Assembly (NCBI GenBank): GCA_030264375.1
Contig: JASCQW010000072.1
Coordinates: 73,763,239 to 73,827,238 of the forward strand
Reading direction: 5' to 3'
Length of the DNA: 64,000 nucleotides
Origin: Carcharhinus longimanus
Lineage: Eukaryota
Below the pieces are notes generated by a model that saw only the letters and a program-made list of their open reading frames with translations, made no database searches and was not told where the DNA came from. The stretch's first letter is position 1. The number at the start of each line of letters is the position of its first letter. Positions 36,266 through 50,139 of the stretch are shown here, piece after piece. A program made the translations under genes and the position numbers.

Positions 36266-37501
36266 TGTATTTGCTATGAACAGTAGCTCATCTTTCCTTT
36301 TTCACTGCTCCTTAGCCAGGAGGTATTGGAGTCAAATTTAGAATCCCTCTAGCTATCTCGGTTGAGACCAGCTGAGTCAGCACAGATCAGGCACATAAGG
36401 CTCACAAATGCTTTTCTCGCCGACCAAACCTTTAGAGACAAATGTAATTCTGAGTTACTGACTCTGTGGATTGCCAGGTGAAGAAGAAATGCTACCTAGT
36501 TGCTCTCTTAAACTGAGGATGGAAGTTAGGGTACATCACTAAGACTATGTTGAGGAGATTTGCTTTGTACTATAGCATGTCGTAACCCTGTGCTGCAAGT
36601 TGAAATATTTCCTTCTCTTTTTTATTCCTTCCTGCCACCCCCAGCACCTGATGTCCTTTCACCAGAGCATACAAAAACACTCAGCAAATTAAATTTGGTT
36701 TTAATAACTTAGAAATTGTGAATCATTGAGCCACATAACTTATTGTATTAAATTCATTTTTTTTTGTATTTCCTTACATCGCTGCAAAATGTCTTCTTTC
36801 CCCTGAAACATTAATATCTTTCAAAAAATGGAATTTGACCAAATGGCTGCTGCAAGCACAAGCTAAGTCTTTTAGGACACCAGTGGGCAAGGCATGCATT
36901 TCCCACCTCCTCATGAATGCTCCTGCACCATAGAACACACTTAACCCAGTTGTCTTGATTAACCTGTCACCAGGATTGGTTACAGCCACCGTACTGCTTC
37001 AAGGCAGCTATGATAACGGAGTGATGGAGGCTGGATGTGGCTACTGACGCCATGTTTAAATGTTTTTTTTTAAAGCTTCGTACTCATCCATGTAAAAATC
37101 GACATTCTCCCTATGAGATCATCCCTGTTAAGGTCAGAATGTGACCACAAACTTCAATGAAGTGGGATGAGTGAGAGGGATTCAACACTTGCAGATCTTT
37201 GCTGTAGTGGCCAGATCCTTGAAGACTCCATCCAGCTTTATACCAGTGATTATCTGAAAATATTCCACTCCTATTCAAATAGTACATTGTCTGCAGTGTA
37301 TCTACAACCTGGACTCAACCCTCAATAATTCTGATGAAAATCAAGCAAATCACAGCGCTAATTTCACAAGATACAACATGTTTTCTTTATCTTTGGGAAA
37401 TGATAAAGAAATCGGAACTATTTCAGGGACAGGAAATATTATGAATGAAATGCTTTTTTAAAGAAGCAGATTCCTTTATAAAGAATTTTTTTCTTAATAT
37501 T

Positions 37502-37730
37502 CATAGGACCCCCACTGTGCAAAGGAGGCCATTTGGCCCAATGAGGCTGTACCGACCACAATACCACCCAGGTCCTATCTCCATAACCCCAGTTATTTAT
37601 CCTACTAACCCCTTGATGTGAAGGGGCAATTTAACACGGCCAATCAACCTAATCTGCACACCTAGGTATGTGGGAGGAAACTGGAGCACCTGGAGGAAAC
37701 CCACGCTGATACAGGAAGAATGTGCAAACT

Positions 37731-37769
<39 letters not shown>

Positions 37770-37833
37770 GACCCAAGGCCAGAATTGAACCTGGGTCCCT
37801 GGCGCTGTGAGGCAGCAATGCTAGCCGCTGTGC
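37502..37833 (-). mobile_element. HE1-type V-SINE with an internal (CA)18
   Basis: Same family as 13219 and 35254. The (CA)18 is at 37732-37767. Confidence 0.87.
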
Positions 37834-38744
37834 TTGTGGCACTTTTTCTCTTGCCGCCAACTGAATTTTTTTTAATCAGTTATGTTTCATAGTTCTTGTG
37901 TGAAATGTCAAAGGCTGGGATTTTCCAGTGTCACCGAAAGTCAGTGGAACTTTGGCCAGCCCTTCAAATGTACGGAAAATCCCAGCCTACAATACAAATT
38001 TTCAGACACGGCCCCAGTCCTAGCATTAAGTACTTTTTTTTAATCCATGAAGATCCACATATGAAAGATTATTTGTTCTGCAGAAGTGGCTATCTGATTA
38101 TTGGGATAAGGGTTGACTGTTCAACCCCTTGAGCCAACTTTGTAACTCAGATTACAGTTGACCTGTACCTTAACTCCATTTACTCACTGTAGGTCCACAG
38201 TAATAATTTTGGTATTTTACCTGTGAGTATGTAAGTTTAACCTTTGTGCATGATCTTGCACACTCTAACTTTTAAGTATTGTTTATTAAAGAGCCTTTTT
38301 TCACTAAATCACAACAGTAGAAGAGGAAAGGAACTAGCATGCAGGTCTCTTGGGTTTATGGAAATTGCGTTATGTTTGAACCCATGGGTGACTTTCTGGT
38401 TTCCTTAGCACCTATTAAATGACTGAAGCAGGAGTTTAACCCCCTGAGTGAATGGTGTGAAGCATGTTGTTTTGGTGGAGGTATGATTGATTGATTTACA
38501 TCACTGCATATAGTTCATTCATGTTGTTGTACTCTGCATGCTCCTGCAATTAAGGAAAATTAAGTAATCCTGAAACGGCAGCGAAATGCCAAATCACAGT
38601 TTACACAACGTCACGGAAATTGCTTCCAGGTGGAAAACAAGTTGCTGTTGTTTCCTGATCGAAGACCATGTGCAGTGTGTACCAAAGGGAGGAAGCATCT
38701 CAATGTTTGAATATAAGTGAGCCTCACCTGGTTACTGCAATGCC

Positions 38745-38915
38745 TAGTGAGTGAATTCAAGGCTGGAATAGATTGATTTTTGATCTTCTGGAATGAAGGG
38801 ATATGGGAGTGGACAGGAAAGTTGATTTGAAGCCAAAGGTCAGCCATGTTCACATTAATGACAGAGCTGGCTCGTTGGGCCATTTTGATTACTCCTGCTC
38901 CTTTTATGTTTTGAT
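38745..38915 (+). mobile_element. CR1 3' tail abutting the exon 2 acceptor
   Basis: gaattcaaggctggaatagatt...aagggatatgggag...tcagccatg...tactcctgctccttttatgttttgatg. Confidence 0.7.
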
Positions 38916-38917
38916 GA

Positions 38918-39073
<156 letters not shown>

Positions 39074-39284
39074 TGAGTATAACACAAACATTACCCACAA
39101 ACACACCACTCAGCATGATCTTGGCAGTAAAAATGAGAGTCATATGTGCTTGATGTCCATCTCTCCTTCTGCCCATATCATGCACTTGACTTGAAAGAAA
39201 ATAAACTATTAAATTGTCCGAATTCACAATCATTAGTGATCACTTTTCTTTAATGATAAGTTCCTACTCTTTAGCTATTTTGTT

Positions 39285-39945
39285 ACTGCCCATTGGGGTC
39301 ATCATTGACCAGAAAATGAACTGGACTAACCAAATTAATACTGGTTATAAGAACAGGTCAAAGCCTAGAAGAGCAGACAACAATTTACCTCCTGACTTCC
39401 CAAAGCCTGTCCATCATTTATAAGGCATAAATCAGGACTGCAGTGGAATACTCCATTTGCCTGCATGAGTGCAGCTCCAACAACACTGGAGGAGCTCTAC
39501 ACTATCCAGGATAAAGTGGCTTACTTGATTAGCACCATGTCCACAAACATTCACTCCCTCCACTGTCGATGCACATTGGCAGCAGTGTGTACCACCTACA
39601 AGATGCACTGCAGGAACTCACCAAAGCTTCTTAGATAGAATCTTTCAAACGCATGACCATTACATTCTAGGAGGACAAGGGCTATGGGAACACCACCATC
39701 ACTTCTACTTTCCCTTCTAAGTTATTCACTATGTCAACTTGGAAAAATATTGCCATTAGTTCACTATTACTGGGTCAAAATCCTAGAACTCCCTTCCTAA
39801 CAGCACTGGGGTATTCCTGCAGCACATGGAATGCAGTATTTCAAGAAGGGAGCTCACCACCATCTTCTCTAGGGCAACTAGAGATAGGCAATTAATGCTG
39901 GCCTAACCAGCAACACCCAAGTCACATGAATGAATGAAATAAAAC
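39285..39945 (+). mobile_element. 3' fragment of a second non-LTR LINE family (CR1/L2/Crack-related)
   Basis: GVIIDQKMNWTNQIN...SLSIIYKA*IRTAVEYS...MSAAPTTLEELYTIQDKVAYLI, with the tail ttcaagaagggagctcaccaccatcttct...aatgctggcct. Related pieces lie on the minus strand at 23740-23890, 41560-42220, 48385-48590 and 54025-54250. Confidence 0.75.
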
Positions 39946-41257
39946 ATAATGGGGAGAGAGTCATCCATTCGGTTCTTGCATGTAATAGATTCTACCCAAT
40001 GTGGTAGAAGCAGGCACGTTAACCACATTTAATAGGCATCTGGATAAGTGCGTGAATCGAAAGGGAAATAGAGGGATACGGAGCGTAAGGGCCAAAGGTT
40101 TTATTTTAGTGTAGTTAGGGCATCATCATCAACACAGGCTTGTAGGCTTGTTCCTGTGCTGTACTGTTCTTTGATCTTTGTTACTTGGTTATTTGAGAAT
40201 AAATGGTAGAATTTAATTTGCATTTGCGTCCAAGCAGTCATCTGTCCTTATTCGGTAATAATTAAGTTTGCTACCTCTTACTTTGCAGAGGTGGGCGAAT
40301 TTCATGAAATTTTTATAATGCGTTTTAACACTAATAGAGATAGGTACCATGTGTTGCATATTTCTTGACCAATCTAATGTCTGGGAGAGCTTTACAATGG
40401 GTAATCGAATATTGAATTGATATTGCAAATTTTGTACTACCATCCAAAATTAGAATCTCTAAAATGTTTGTATTAACCATTATTAACCTGTCTAGATCAC
40501 CATGTGCTATGATAGCTATAATTAGCCACATTTTGCGTGGATCTAATTTTCTTTGTATGGCGTTTGTTGTTTCGTCAACAGAATATGAATGCTAGCTCAA
40601 CCTAACAACTCTATGCTTGGAGTGAGTCAAATTTAGGCCAACAGGCCAACTATATCACAAATAGACATTTTAAAAATTATACAGACTTTCTTATTGAGCT
40701 TGAGCAATAAGCATTACGGTGTGTAAGAAAATGCAAGTAAGGATGTTCTGATGATGGCCTTGTGGAATATTGTTTGTCATTCAGGCTGCAAACTTATTGT
40801 ACCACAGTGAAAGTGCCATGAACCATGATTTTGGTGAATCTTTGGCCTCCAATTGTAGCTGCCCTTTGAATATAAAAAGGCAAATAGCCTCCACTGTTGG
40901 TAATACTGATTAAATCCACTGTTGACTGAACCTGGATTGAACTTACAGTTTCCACTGTTCTTACTTAGCCTACATTCTGTGTGGAAAGATTAATAAAATT
41001 TCCTTTGTAATTTCCTTGCTGTGAAAGGACTGGTGACTGACGCTTTCCTTCACTCCAAGGCTTCAGTCTTCAGAAGCGCATAGCGTGAGACTGATTACAA
41101 TCCTGTGTAGGAGCTTTGTTGCAAAGATTGGAACGAGGAGCGAATGATATTACTTTGCTTCTATTTATTTTACCTCCCAAGGTTTTTGGGATATTGAGCA
41201 TCTGCAGGAATGCAGTTGGAATACCTGTGTATATACTTCATTGGCGTTGATAGTACT

Positions 41258-41495
41258 CGTGATCTAGCACACTGGGTAGCGTTCCTGCCTCTAAGCCAGA
41301 AACTCTGGGTTCAAGTCCCAGTCCAGGAGTTGATGGTCCAGGGAAGTGCATTCATAATGTGGCCAAACAGGTTGAGTCTCAGCTTGCAAATTTTAATGGC
41401 AGATGGTAAGAGTGGGAGAGATTCCTGGTCAGCCATGTGATGGAAAGCAATTGGAGCTTCTACTGTCATTATCCATTGCTCCAGGCTACATCATG
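41258..41495 (+). mobile_element. tRNA-headed SINE-like element of a different family
   Basis: tagcacactgggtagcgttcctgcctctaagccagaaactctgggttcaagtcccagtcc resembles a tRNA head with A and B boxes. The body is unlike HE1. Confidence 0.55.
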
Positions 41496-41559
41496 CATGT
41501 GAAAATGCAAGTTACTGTAACAGCACACACCCCTTGGGTTTGAGATGTGTTGCCAAGAA

Positions 41560-42220
41560 AGTCATGGCAAGTTGCTACAATTAATTTTGTAGATAGCACA
41601 CTGTGACAGCAGGATGTACTATTAATGGAGGGAAAGTGTTTATGATGATGGATGGGGCACCAATCAGGCAGACTGCTTTGTCTTGAATGGTGTTGAGTTC
41701 TGGCATGTTCTCCAGGCAAATGGTGAGTATTGCATCACCATGCTTACTTGTGCCTTGTAAATGTAGTGGATGTGCCTTGGGGAGTTAGGAGAATCACCTA
41801 CAGCAGATTTCCCAGCCTCTGATCTGCTTTTTTAAACACAGTATTTACATTACTGGTCCAGTTCAATTTCTGGTCAGTGGTGACCCCAGAATATTAACTG
41901 TCGTCAATTTGACAATGCTAATGTCGAGGGTAGGCTAGGCTATTAGATATTCTCTCGTTGAAGATAGTCATTATCTGGAATTTGTGTGGCATGAATGTTA
42001 CTTACTGATTATTAGCCAAATATGAATACTTCCAGGCCTTTCTGTACAGCTTCATTATTTGAGGAGCTATGGATAGAATTGAATGCTGTAAAATCATCAG
42101 TAGATGTGCCAGTTCCTCACTGATGGTTGGAATGCTGTTGCTGAAGCAGCAAGTGGTTGGGTTGAGGACATTACCCTAAGGAACTTTTGGTGCAATGCCT
42201 GGAGCTGAGATGATTGGCCT
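41560..42220 (-). mobile_element. LINE fragment, same family as 39285-39945
   Basis: Contains the reverse complement of the ggggtcaccactgaccagaaattgaactggaccag motif. Confidence 0.7.
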
Positions 42221-45200
42221 CAGCTCCACCCCCTTGCCAGTCTTTCTTCTTCATTCAAATCTCTGAAATCAGGCTGAATTTTATAGTTCTCAGCAACATC
42301 TACAACTGCTAATCACACATATGGTGTTGTCTGACCAAAATGCAGTAGTTTGTCACAGCTTTCTCGGATTTGTATGCTATTGTTTTGGCATGGCCTTGCT
42401 GGTTTGCACTGGTTGGGCGTATTGATCAGTCATCCCAATCAAACCCCCATGTGTCCCACCATAGCTATTTAAATGCCATTCAGAGTCAATTGCATGCCCA
42501 TTTCTCCTTCCACTCTTTGACCCATCACATTTTTGTTAACTCAATCTGGAATTTCTGACTGGCTTCTTTCGATCAACTGCCCTTTGGAGTTTGGTATCAT
42601 CTGCCAATTTGACCAATTAGTATTAAATTTCAAACTAAGTTATTAATGTAAGTTTTATAGACAGCAGTTGTCTCAGTATTCATCCTGGAAAACCCTATTT
42701 CATACTGCCTCTAATTTCTGCCCCCTCAATCCTGGCATTACCCCTCATTACATGTTCTTACCTATGCTTTGCTTCCAATTTATTTTCCAAATCCAAGTTT
42801 TGCCAGAAACCCCACACTTATGAATCTAATTAGTATATGTTATGTGAAACTTTTATCAACTGCCTTTTGGTACTTTGATTGCCTAGTATCTGTTTGAGGA
42901 TTTATCAATCAACTTGGAATGTCACTTCCTTGAGATTCGGGGAGGTTGGTCAAGAATGATCTTTTCGATCATGTTGCCTAGATATTCTTCAATGCTTCAA
43001 TTAGCAATGGTGAAATGATCCCAATCATTGGATGGCAAACAAAAGGATGAACAATTTTACCTCCAGTTATTTTCCTTGCTATCAAATGCAAACAATTTGA
43101 TTTCAGTTTCTTGTCATTTCCATTGAAACAAAGATTGGGCAGGTTCTACAACTGGCGGGCAATTTATCTCACTAGTTTACAACCCAACAGCAAAGGTAAA
43201 AATTGCCACCAATGTTTCCTTCTTAAAAGAAAGGCGGAGATTTTTGTACTTGAGCCCCTGACATTTCTCGTACCACCCTCAACTACTATATTCCTCCTTT
43301 TTCAACTCTGCTTTAAAAAAAATCCTTGCAAATTTAGTTGCTGTGGTCAACATTCTTTTTTAAATCATGATGCTCTAATGAGGTAAAACATTACACAGGA
43401 GCAGTGAATTACTTGTTCTGTAATCTGCAAACAATTTCCTTCCATGCAGCCTGTGTGTAGGTTCTGACAAATAGAATATGAATCCAGTTCCAGGAAGGGG
43501 GAAAGATTAAATTTGTTATGTGGCCTGGTTGGGGATTATCTTAATGCCGCCCAAGCGTACTGTCCAAGAATTGCCATCTGTCTGGCCTTTAGTGATCTGG
43601 AAGTTTCTGTCATGTAAACTAGAAACCAAAAGTCTTGTGTGTTATAAATTGAGGTTTTTTTGAACACGTTTTTCTTAGATTTTAATCACCATCAAAGAAA
43701 ACTCAGAATGCGAGCCATAATCCTTTGTCCAATCTGCTCTAATCCTATCCTGGAGCCAGAGTTAGAATCTAAATCATTGGCATTAAATTCTGTTTCAGTT
43801 ACCTTGATTTAAATTGAATTGAATCCATGTTAAATTTGGTTTGTGGCTCTCCTCCTGCACTTTATCCAGTTGTGATAACTGTTTGCATGTTTCTGGATTT
43901 GGACATAAACCAGTGACTAGAGAGGAGCAAAAAGATCTGAGGTGCGGGTACACAAATTATTAAAAGTAAATTTGCAAGCTAACAAGGCCGTAAAGACAGA
44001 ACAAAATGCTCAAGCTTATTTCAAGAAGGACTAGTCTCCAAGTTATTGAAAAGATTTGGTTATGGACCAATAACATTTTGAGATTCAAGACACTTACTAT
44101 TGGAATAAAGTCACAAGCTTTCATGATCTTGCACAAACAGAAATAAATTTTACTCTCCAAAGTCAGAAAGATGAAACAATTTACAATATTTATATACTGT
44201 CATGTCTGATTTGATGAGACATATGTTAATCAACAAGTAAGTTCTGCTCAAACACACCACACAATCCCATAAGTGACAGATACCACCAAGACAGAGTCCA
44301 AAGATGACTCGACAACACACCCAGATGACAGCAAACACTGAGAGTCAACCAATCTCATAAAAATTCTTGGCTTTCTCTTCAAGATTTTCAGCTATCACTT
44401 TTGAAGATTTAATCTGGAAATTCTCTCCAAAAGTCACTCTTAACTTGATGGCATCAACGATAACCCTCCTCATAGGGTTTCAGTCTTGTCTCTCGAGATT
44501 CCGTTGCCTTGGATTCCCAAGTATGCACTCGATCATCAATTCATAAGCACAAATTTAGCTCTTCACCTNNNNNNNNNNNNNNNNNNNNNNNNNNNNNNNN
44601 NNNNNNNNNNNNNNNNNNNNNNNNNNNNNNNNNNNNNNNNNNNNNNNNNNNNNNNNNNNNNNNNNNNNNNNNNNNNNNNNNNNNNNNNNNNNNNNNNNNN
44701 NNNNNNNNNNNNNNNNNNNNNNNNNNNNNNNNNNNNNNNNNNNNNNNNNNNNNNNNNNNNNNNNNNNNNNNNNNNNTCAAATAAATAGGTTGGACTAAAA
44801 CCTGGTGTTGTCAGACTTTTTACTGTGACACTTGTTGGCAGTGGTGCTCTTCTCCCAGCCACATGATTCAGTTTTTTGTCCACTTTTCATTTCTGCACCA
44901 GTGTGTTGGGCCTCTTTTGCCCAAAGAACATGAACTACCTAACTGTGTATGTGCAGCCTGCTTCTGATCTGTGAATGTGCGTAAAGACCGAGATTTGTCT
45001 GAAGTTGAACTTCTTAACCTCTGCTCTCAGCGTTGAGGTAAATTTGACTTTTGTTACAAAAAGTATTAAAATGCTGTGACGTTATGTTGCATTTATATAC
45101 AACCTCAGTTAGACCATGAGTAATGTACACAGTTTTGGTGGTCTTAGTATATGAAGAAGAGGAGAGGGTTTGATAAAATTTCACAAGGATGATACCAGAC

Positions 45201-47656
45201 CTGTGAAGATATACATTACAGCAATGACTGCATTTAGGAAAAATTTTATCGGCTGTAAAAGTGCATTGGGTGGTCCTGAGGTTGTGAAATGTGTTTTATA
45301 AGTGCAAGTTTTTTTTTCAGGAAAGCTTAATCAAGCTGCAACTCTTTTCTATTGAAAAGAGAGAGCTGAGTGGTGACCAGATTGCAATCTTGAGGTTTGA
45401 TGGGGTAAATTTGGAGAAGATATTTCTTCTTGTGGGGATTCAAACTAGGAAATAAAAATAAAATCCACAATAAATCCAGTAGAGAATTTGGGGAAAAAAC
45501 ATTACCCAAAGAAGAGTAATAATGTGAAACCAGTTACCACAATGTATAGTTGAGGCAAACAGAATAGCTGCAGTAAAGGGGAAACATCATAAGGAAGAAA
45601 GCCAGAAAACACCAAGACACAGACATTGATGGTTCTTTTCAGCAAGAGCAGGTGCAGTTTTTTCAGTCCTTAACCTATGAAACTTTTCCAAGTTGTGAGC
45701 TACCAGGTTATTGCCAGCTGGCAGTAACTGTGTCAGTCACATTGATCCTGTTTGAAGTAGATAAATATTGCATTCAGTTCCTGAACTTCGTGAGAGTGGA
45801 AACATGTGCAAGTTCCAAAGGTTTTGTTCCTCATTTTAAAGTTGAAGGACCTTTTCAATATGAATGTTATTCGTGACGTACTGTGATAAGGAGAAACAGG
45901 AGATGGTTGTGTTGGCACTAGATCCAACACTGATGTTTGGGTTGCATTATCTGCTTTGCCTGTCAGTATATAAAGTGTGTTTATGTTAATTTTCTTCTCT
46001 AGTAGATGTTTAGTTTCAAATTTGCGTTCTTTTATCCCAGTTTTTAGTCTCCCATCGTTCTGTTTTGTTCCTCCGTGTAGGTAACCAGCTCCAAGATCCA
46101 TGCCTCTACACCTTCTGCAAGATCTAAGTTAGTACAGTTGTGCTGTGCAGATACATGATGGCTGCATTACATGCACAATTAGCGTTTTAGAGCCAATGTC
46201 CATCTGTTTGCATTTACTAATAAAAGTCTGTACATTGAAAGCTTTCTGCATTTCATCGAAGTGACCCCATGTGATCAATTTTACCAACTCTGCTATCAGC
46301 TACAAAGCTACCGGCCTCTTCCTACCTTATGCTTGTGCTGCTTGGTCTATGGATCAAACTATGCATGTTCCCTTGAAGGAAAGGTTAATGACAGGAAGTG
46401 ATGCTGAATGAAAGCCATTGACTGGTAATAAACATTGTCAATTGATCACAAATTGTGAATTGGAGAAATCTTGATCTCATAAGTTGGAAATTGCCTGCCT
46501 CAGTATGTACATGGGTTTGAGCTTTGAGAGAAGCAGCAACAGATACGTTGTGGGAAGGACACTGAGGAATAAGTTGGAGTATAAGTGTGCTGGGGTGAAT
46601 GGTAGGGAGAATCATGCACCACCTTGAAGAACAGCAGCAGAGGTTGAAGAAGGGATTAGGAACACCATCATGAACTAGGAGAAGGGAAAGGAGAAGAGCC
46701 AAGGAGAACCCTCACACTATGTACCTGTAACACAATCCTAAATGGCAAAGTAAAGATCATCCAAGTAGAAAGAAGCCTCACTGCTTGAGCCCCTGAGAGA
46801 GGAAATGTTAATTGGCTTTACTGGCGCTTGATTGCTAGCTGTAGTACCAAAATATTATAGACAAATATATAATCCCAATAGGAAGCTGTTCAACTTGCCA
46901 TCAGTCACCAAAAGTGGACAAGACTGAGCTGCAGTGTTTTTTTTAAAAAAAAGCATAAGTCCTGGCTGACCTGAAAATGATGGTGCCATAGAATGGTAGC
47001 CTATGAGTTTGTAATTTTGGCTGTGCATGTGCGGTAGAGTTGTGTAACCCAGATTTGAAAACTGTTCCCCAGAAGCTGAAGGAAATAAGAAGAAAAGCTG
47101 CCCAGCTTTTTTTAATTGGAAAAGCTGAAGGTGAGATAGGTCAATAGGCTGCCCCAGAAAATGACTTTTTGGTGAACTAAGGGGATACATCCTGGCGGGG
47201 GAAAGGGAAATAGAGCAATTCCTATGATCACAAAGAAAAAGTGCAGTCAGTCAACCACAGAGTGTGTGACAAATAAGAGAAAATAACTTAAAAATAATTA
47301 AAAGATGAGGAAGTCATAATGATCTGTTGACTTCTTAACCTGTCTTGGTATTTGAAGTAAATCACATACTTCGAGCTCTCCTTGTCCAATGATTTAAATT
47401 TATTTGCAATTAGACTTTGCATTGTGGAACTAGCTTTTATCTGTGCATGATCTGTTGTGAAATTGTTAATGTGGGAATGGAGAACATGTTTTCAATTTCA
47501 TCACAAAATAACAATTTGAGGAAATCTTCCCGTGTCTATCTCTTCCTGTTGTTGATTATGTGAGTAACTCTAGAAGGTGCTGTAGATATTGCTTAAAATA
47601 TGTTTTTTTTCTAAAATTGCTGAAGAGAGTTGAAATTCTCTTTTTTTTAATTTCAG

Positions 47657-47712
47657 GTCTGACTGCCTTATTAAGACAATCCGATCAGATGGCTATTTTG
47701 GGATGTATCGAG
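47657..47712 (+). CDS. SLC25A22: SLC25A22 coding exon 3 (56 nt): (M)SDCLIKTIRSDGYFGMYR(G)
   Basis: ttttttttaatttcag| acceptor and GAG|gtaggt donor. The frame is continuous with the flanking exons. Contains the second half of carrier repeat 1 ([DE]G...Y[RK]G). Confidence 0.96.
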
Positions 47713-50139
47713 GTAGGTGTTTTAAATTTTCTGTTGTCATGTTGTTCCGTTATTAGTTTGCAGTGCAATTCATATCTAGTGAAACATTTTAACTCCCTAT
47801 CCCTCAGTGTTTAGCCAAAGTAGTAAGGGATTACGTTGTACTTTGAGGTCAGTGACCAACTTATTTTTATATAGTATCTCTAAAGTAATAAAATGCCCAA
47901 ATGTGCTTCACAGGAGTGTGATCCAATGTAATTTCCCAAGTACTGACAAAAGATCATCAAGCTGAAACACTGGCTCAGATTTTCCTCCCTGGCTCAGGAA
48001 ACATGAGACAAGCTTTTTTTGCAGCTTTTGGAAGTCACACCCAACTCGTGACTGACTTTGCCCAAGATTTTTGTTTTCCCAAGCAAAAAGTGGCATCCAG
48101 ATATTGTTCCTGAGCAGCAGTGCTCACAGGAGGAGTGTGGATGTGGAAGTGGGTTGGTTAGAGGGTCTACCTCAGTTCCTAAGGGGGAGTAGCCCAGCTC
48201 CCAAAAGTGTTCATGTGTCCACTAAGCATCATCCTTCACTTGCCCATGCCCCCTTATACTCCTCATGCCCCTGCTATTTATGCTGCATAGCCACTCTAAC
48301 AGTATCACTATGTACAGTCCTCAAGAGCCATGTAAAAGCCATGGGTGTAGGCAAAAAAAAATTAAACTTCTGACAACCTAATAAGATGTATGTGGTGTCA
48401 ATTAAGTGGGTTGATTCAACCTGGATTGTGTCAAGGTTCTTGAGTGTTGCTGGAGCTGTGTTCATCCAGGAATATACTCCACGTGTATTCCATCACACTC
48501 CTGACTTGTACCTTGCAGAGAAGGACAGGCTTTATGGGGTCGGGAAGTGAGCTATTCTCCACAAAATTCCCAGCCTCTGACCTTGTTGTTAAATCCCACA
48601 ATCTGCTGTCCATATCCTAATTTGCATCAAGTTTGACTCTTTCAGCACCCCTTTCTTTCCCAACCTCGACGACCTGCTAATCCCCCAAGTGCCACAAATT
48701 AAAAGTTTTATTTCTTGTGTCTAAAACATTTCATTGTGTCTGTCTTCTCTGTAGTCTCCTTCAGCATTACATTCCAGACTTTTGAATGTTTACCAATGGA
48801 TGAAAAACAGATGCACAAATAGTAATTGAAACTGTTGTTGCATTTCAATCTTTTAAGAATTCATAGAAGAACCTATGTTCTTCAAACACACCCTCATTTC
48901 TACGATAGGTGCTTGTGTATCACGACATGTATGGTTGAAATTTGCGTTATCTAAAACGACGACTCTGCTAACACAGCAACATGGAGCATAACACAAACAG
49001 AACTGATTTATATTGGAAGAATGCCTTATAATTTTAAATTCTCAATATCCTTGGGAGGACCATGTTGCAGAGTGGAAATGTGAAATGGTGACATTGGAAG
49101 TCTCCATCAATTTTGGGCTAGTGCTTATGATGCTGCCTTCTTTCACTCGCTCACTGATGCATACAAGTGAAAAGACATGAAGCATATTGTCACATGGTGA
49201 CTACATTCATGGGTTGTTTGTAATATATATTCTGTTATTTCTTTTGTGGACCTGGTGAACAGTCTGCCATTGGTCCCAGTAGTCAGGAACAAACCACTGC
49301 ATTATGTTCCAAGTACCAGCCCAGCTAGTGAATATGTAAGGTGGTAGCAGAGAAGGAGCAGGAGGTTGCTAGATGTAACTGCAGCTCAATTCCTTCCACT
49401 AATGCACATTTTGCGGGTGTGGGCCCCTCAAGGACTGCTTACAAAAGGTTGGGTACTCTTTGAATAAGATTGTCCACAAAACTCAATTGTCATTCTGTAA
49501 GAGACCCTGCAAGGTATGTCTAGAAGTGGGCAGTACTGTGGGAGGAAGGCTTTACTGGAATGACCTGAACCAACTCTATTGGAATTTGCAGTCAGACCTC
49601 TAGTGAACTGCTGGCAAATACAATGGCAGAGTTTCTTTTGAATGTCCACACTGTTGCCTGGTTTTAGTTTTTGTTGTGACTTCCCTGTTCTGGAGTATCA
49701 GACCACTGGCACACCATTTGTGGATCTCTGCCTGAAGACTCCTCTCTGCTTCCTCTCATGTCAAGAACATGCTGAGTTGTGAACATGCTTAGCATTGGCT
49801 ATATGGCTGAAGTAGCTGAGGCTGCAGCCCTGCAAGACAGTGCACACCTGTTCCCTTGTGCCAGAAATAGTATTTGTGTCTCTCAGAAAATTTTGAAAAG
49901 TAACGCATTTGATATTTATGTCAGCATGGCTGAGATGGACTGAACTGTGATTGTATGCTCAGAAACCAAGGTCTGTCTAAAGGGCAGAGGAGTATGGTGA
50001 GTGAAGATTTGTGGGATTTAGTGTTCAACATATTTTCGTAAATAAGCCTGGAAAGGGAATGTTGGTGGCTTTTCCTATTTTGGTACCATCCATAAAATCT
50101 AGGTATTTAATCCAGTGGAGGATGGAGAGTGTGTGAGGA

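Noticed and set aside
41258-41330. tRNA-like sequences (also 13219, 50140)
   Set aside because: They are SINE heads. There is no complete cloverleaf and they continue into SINE bodies.
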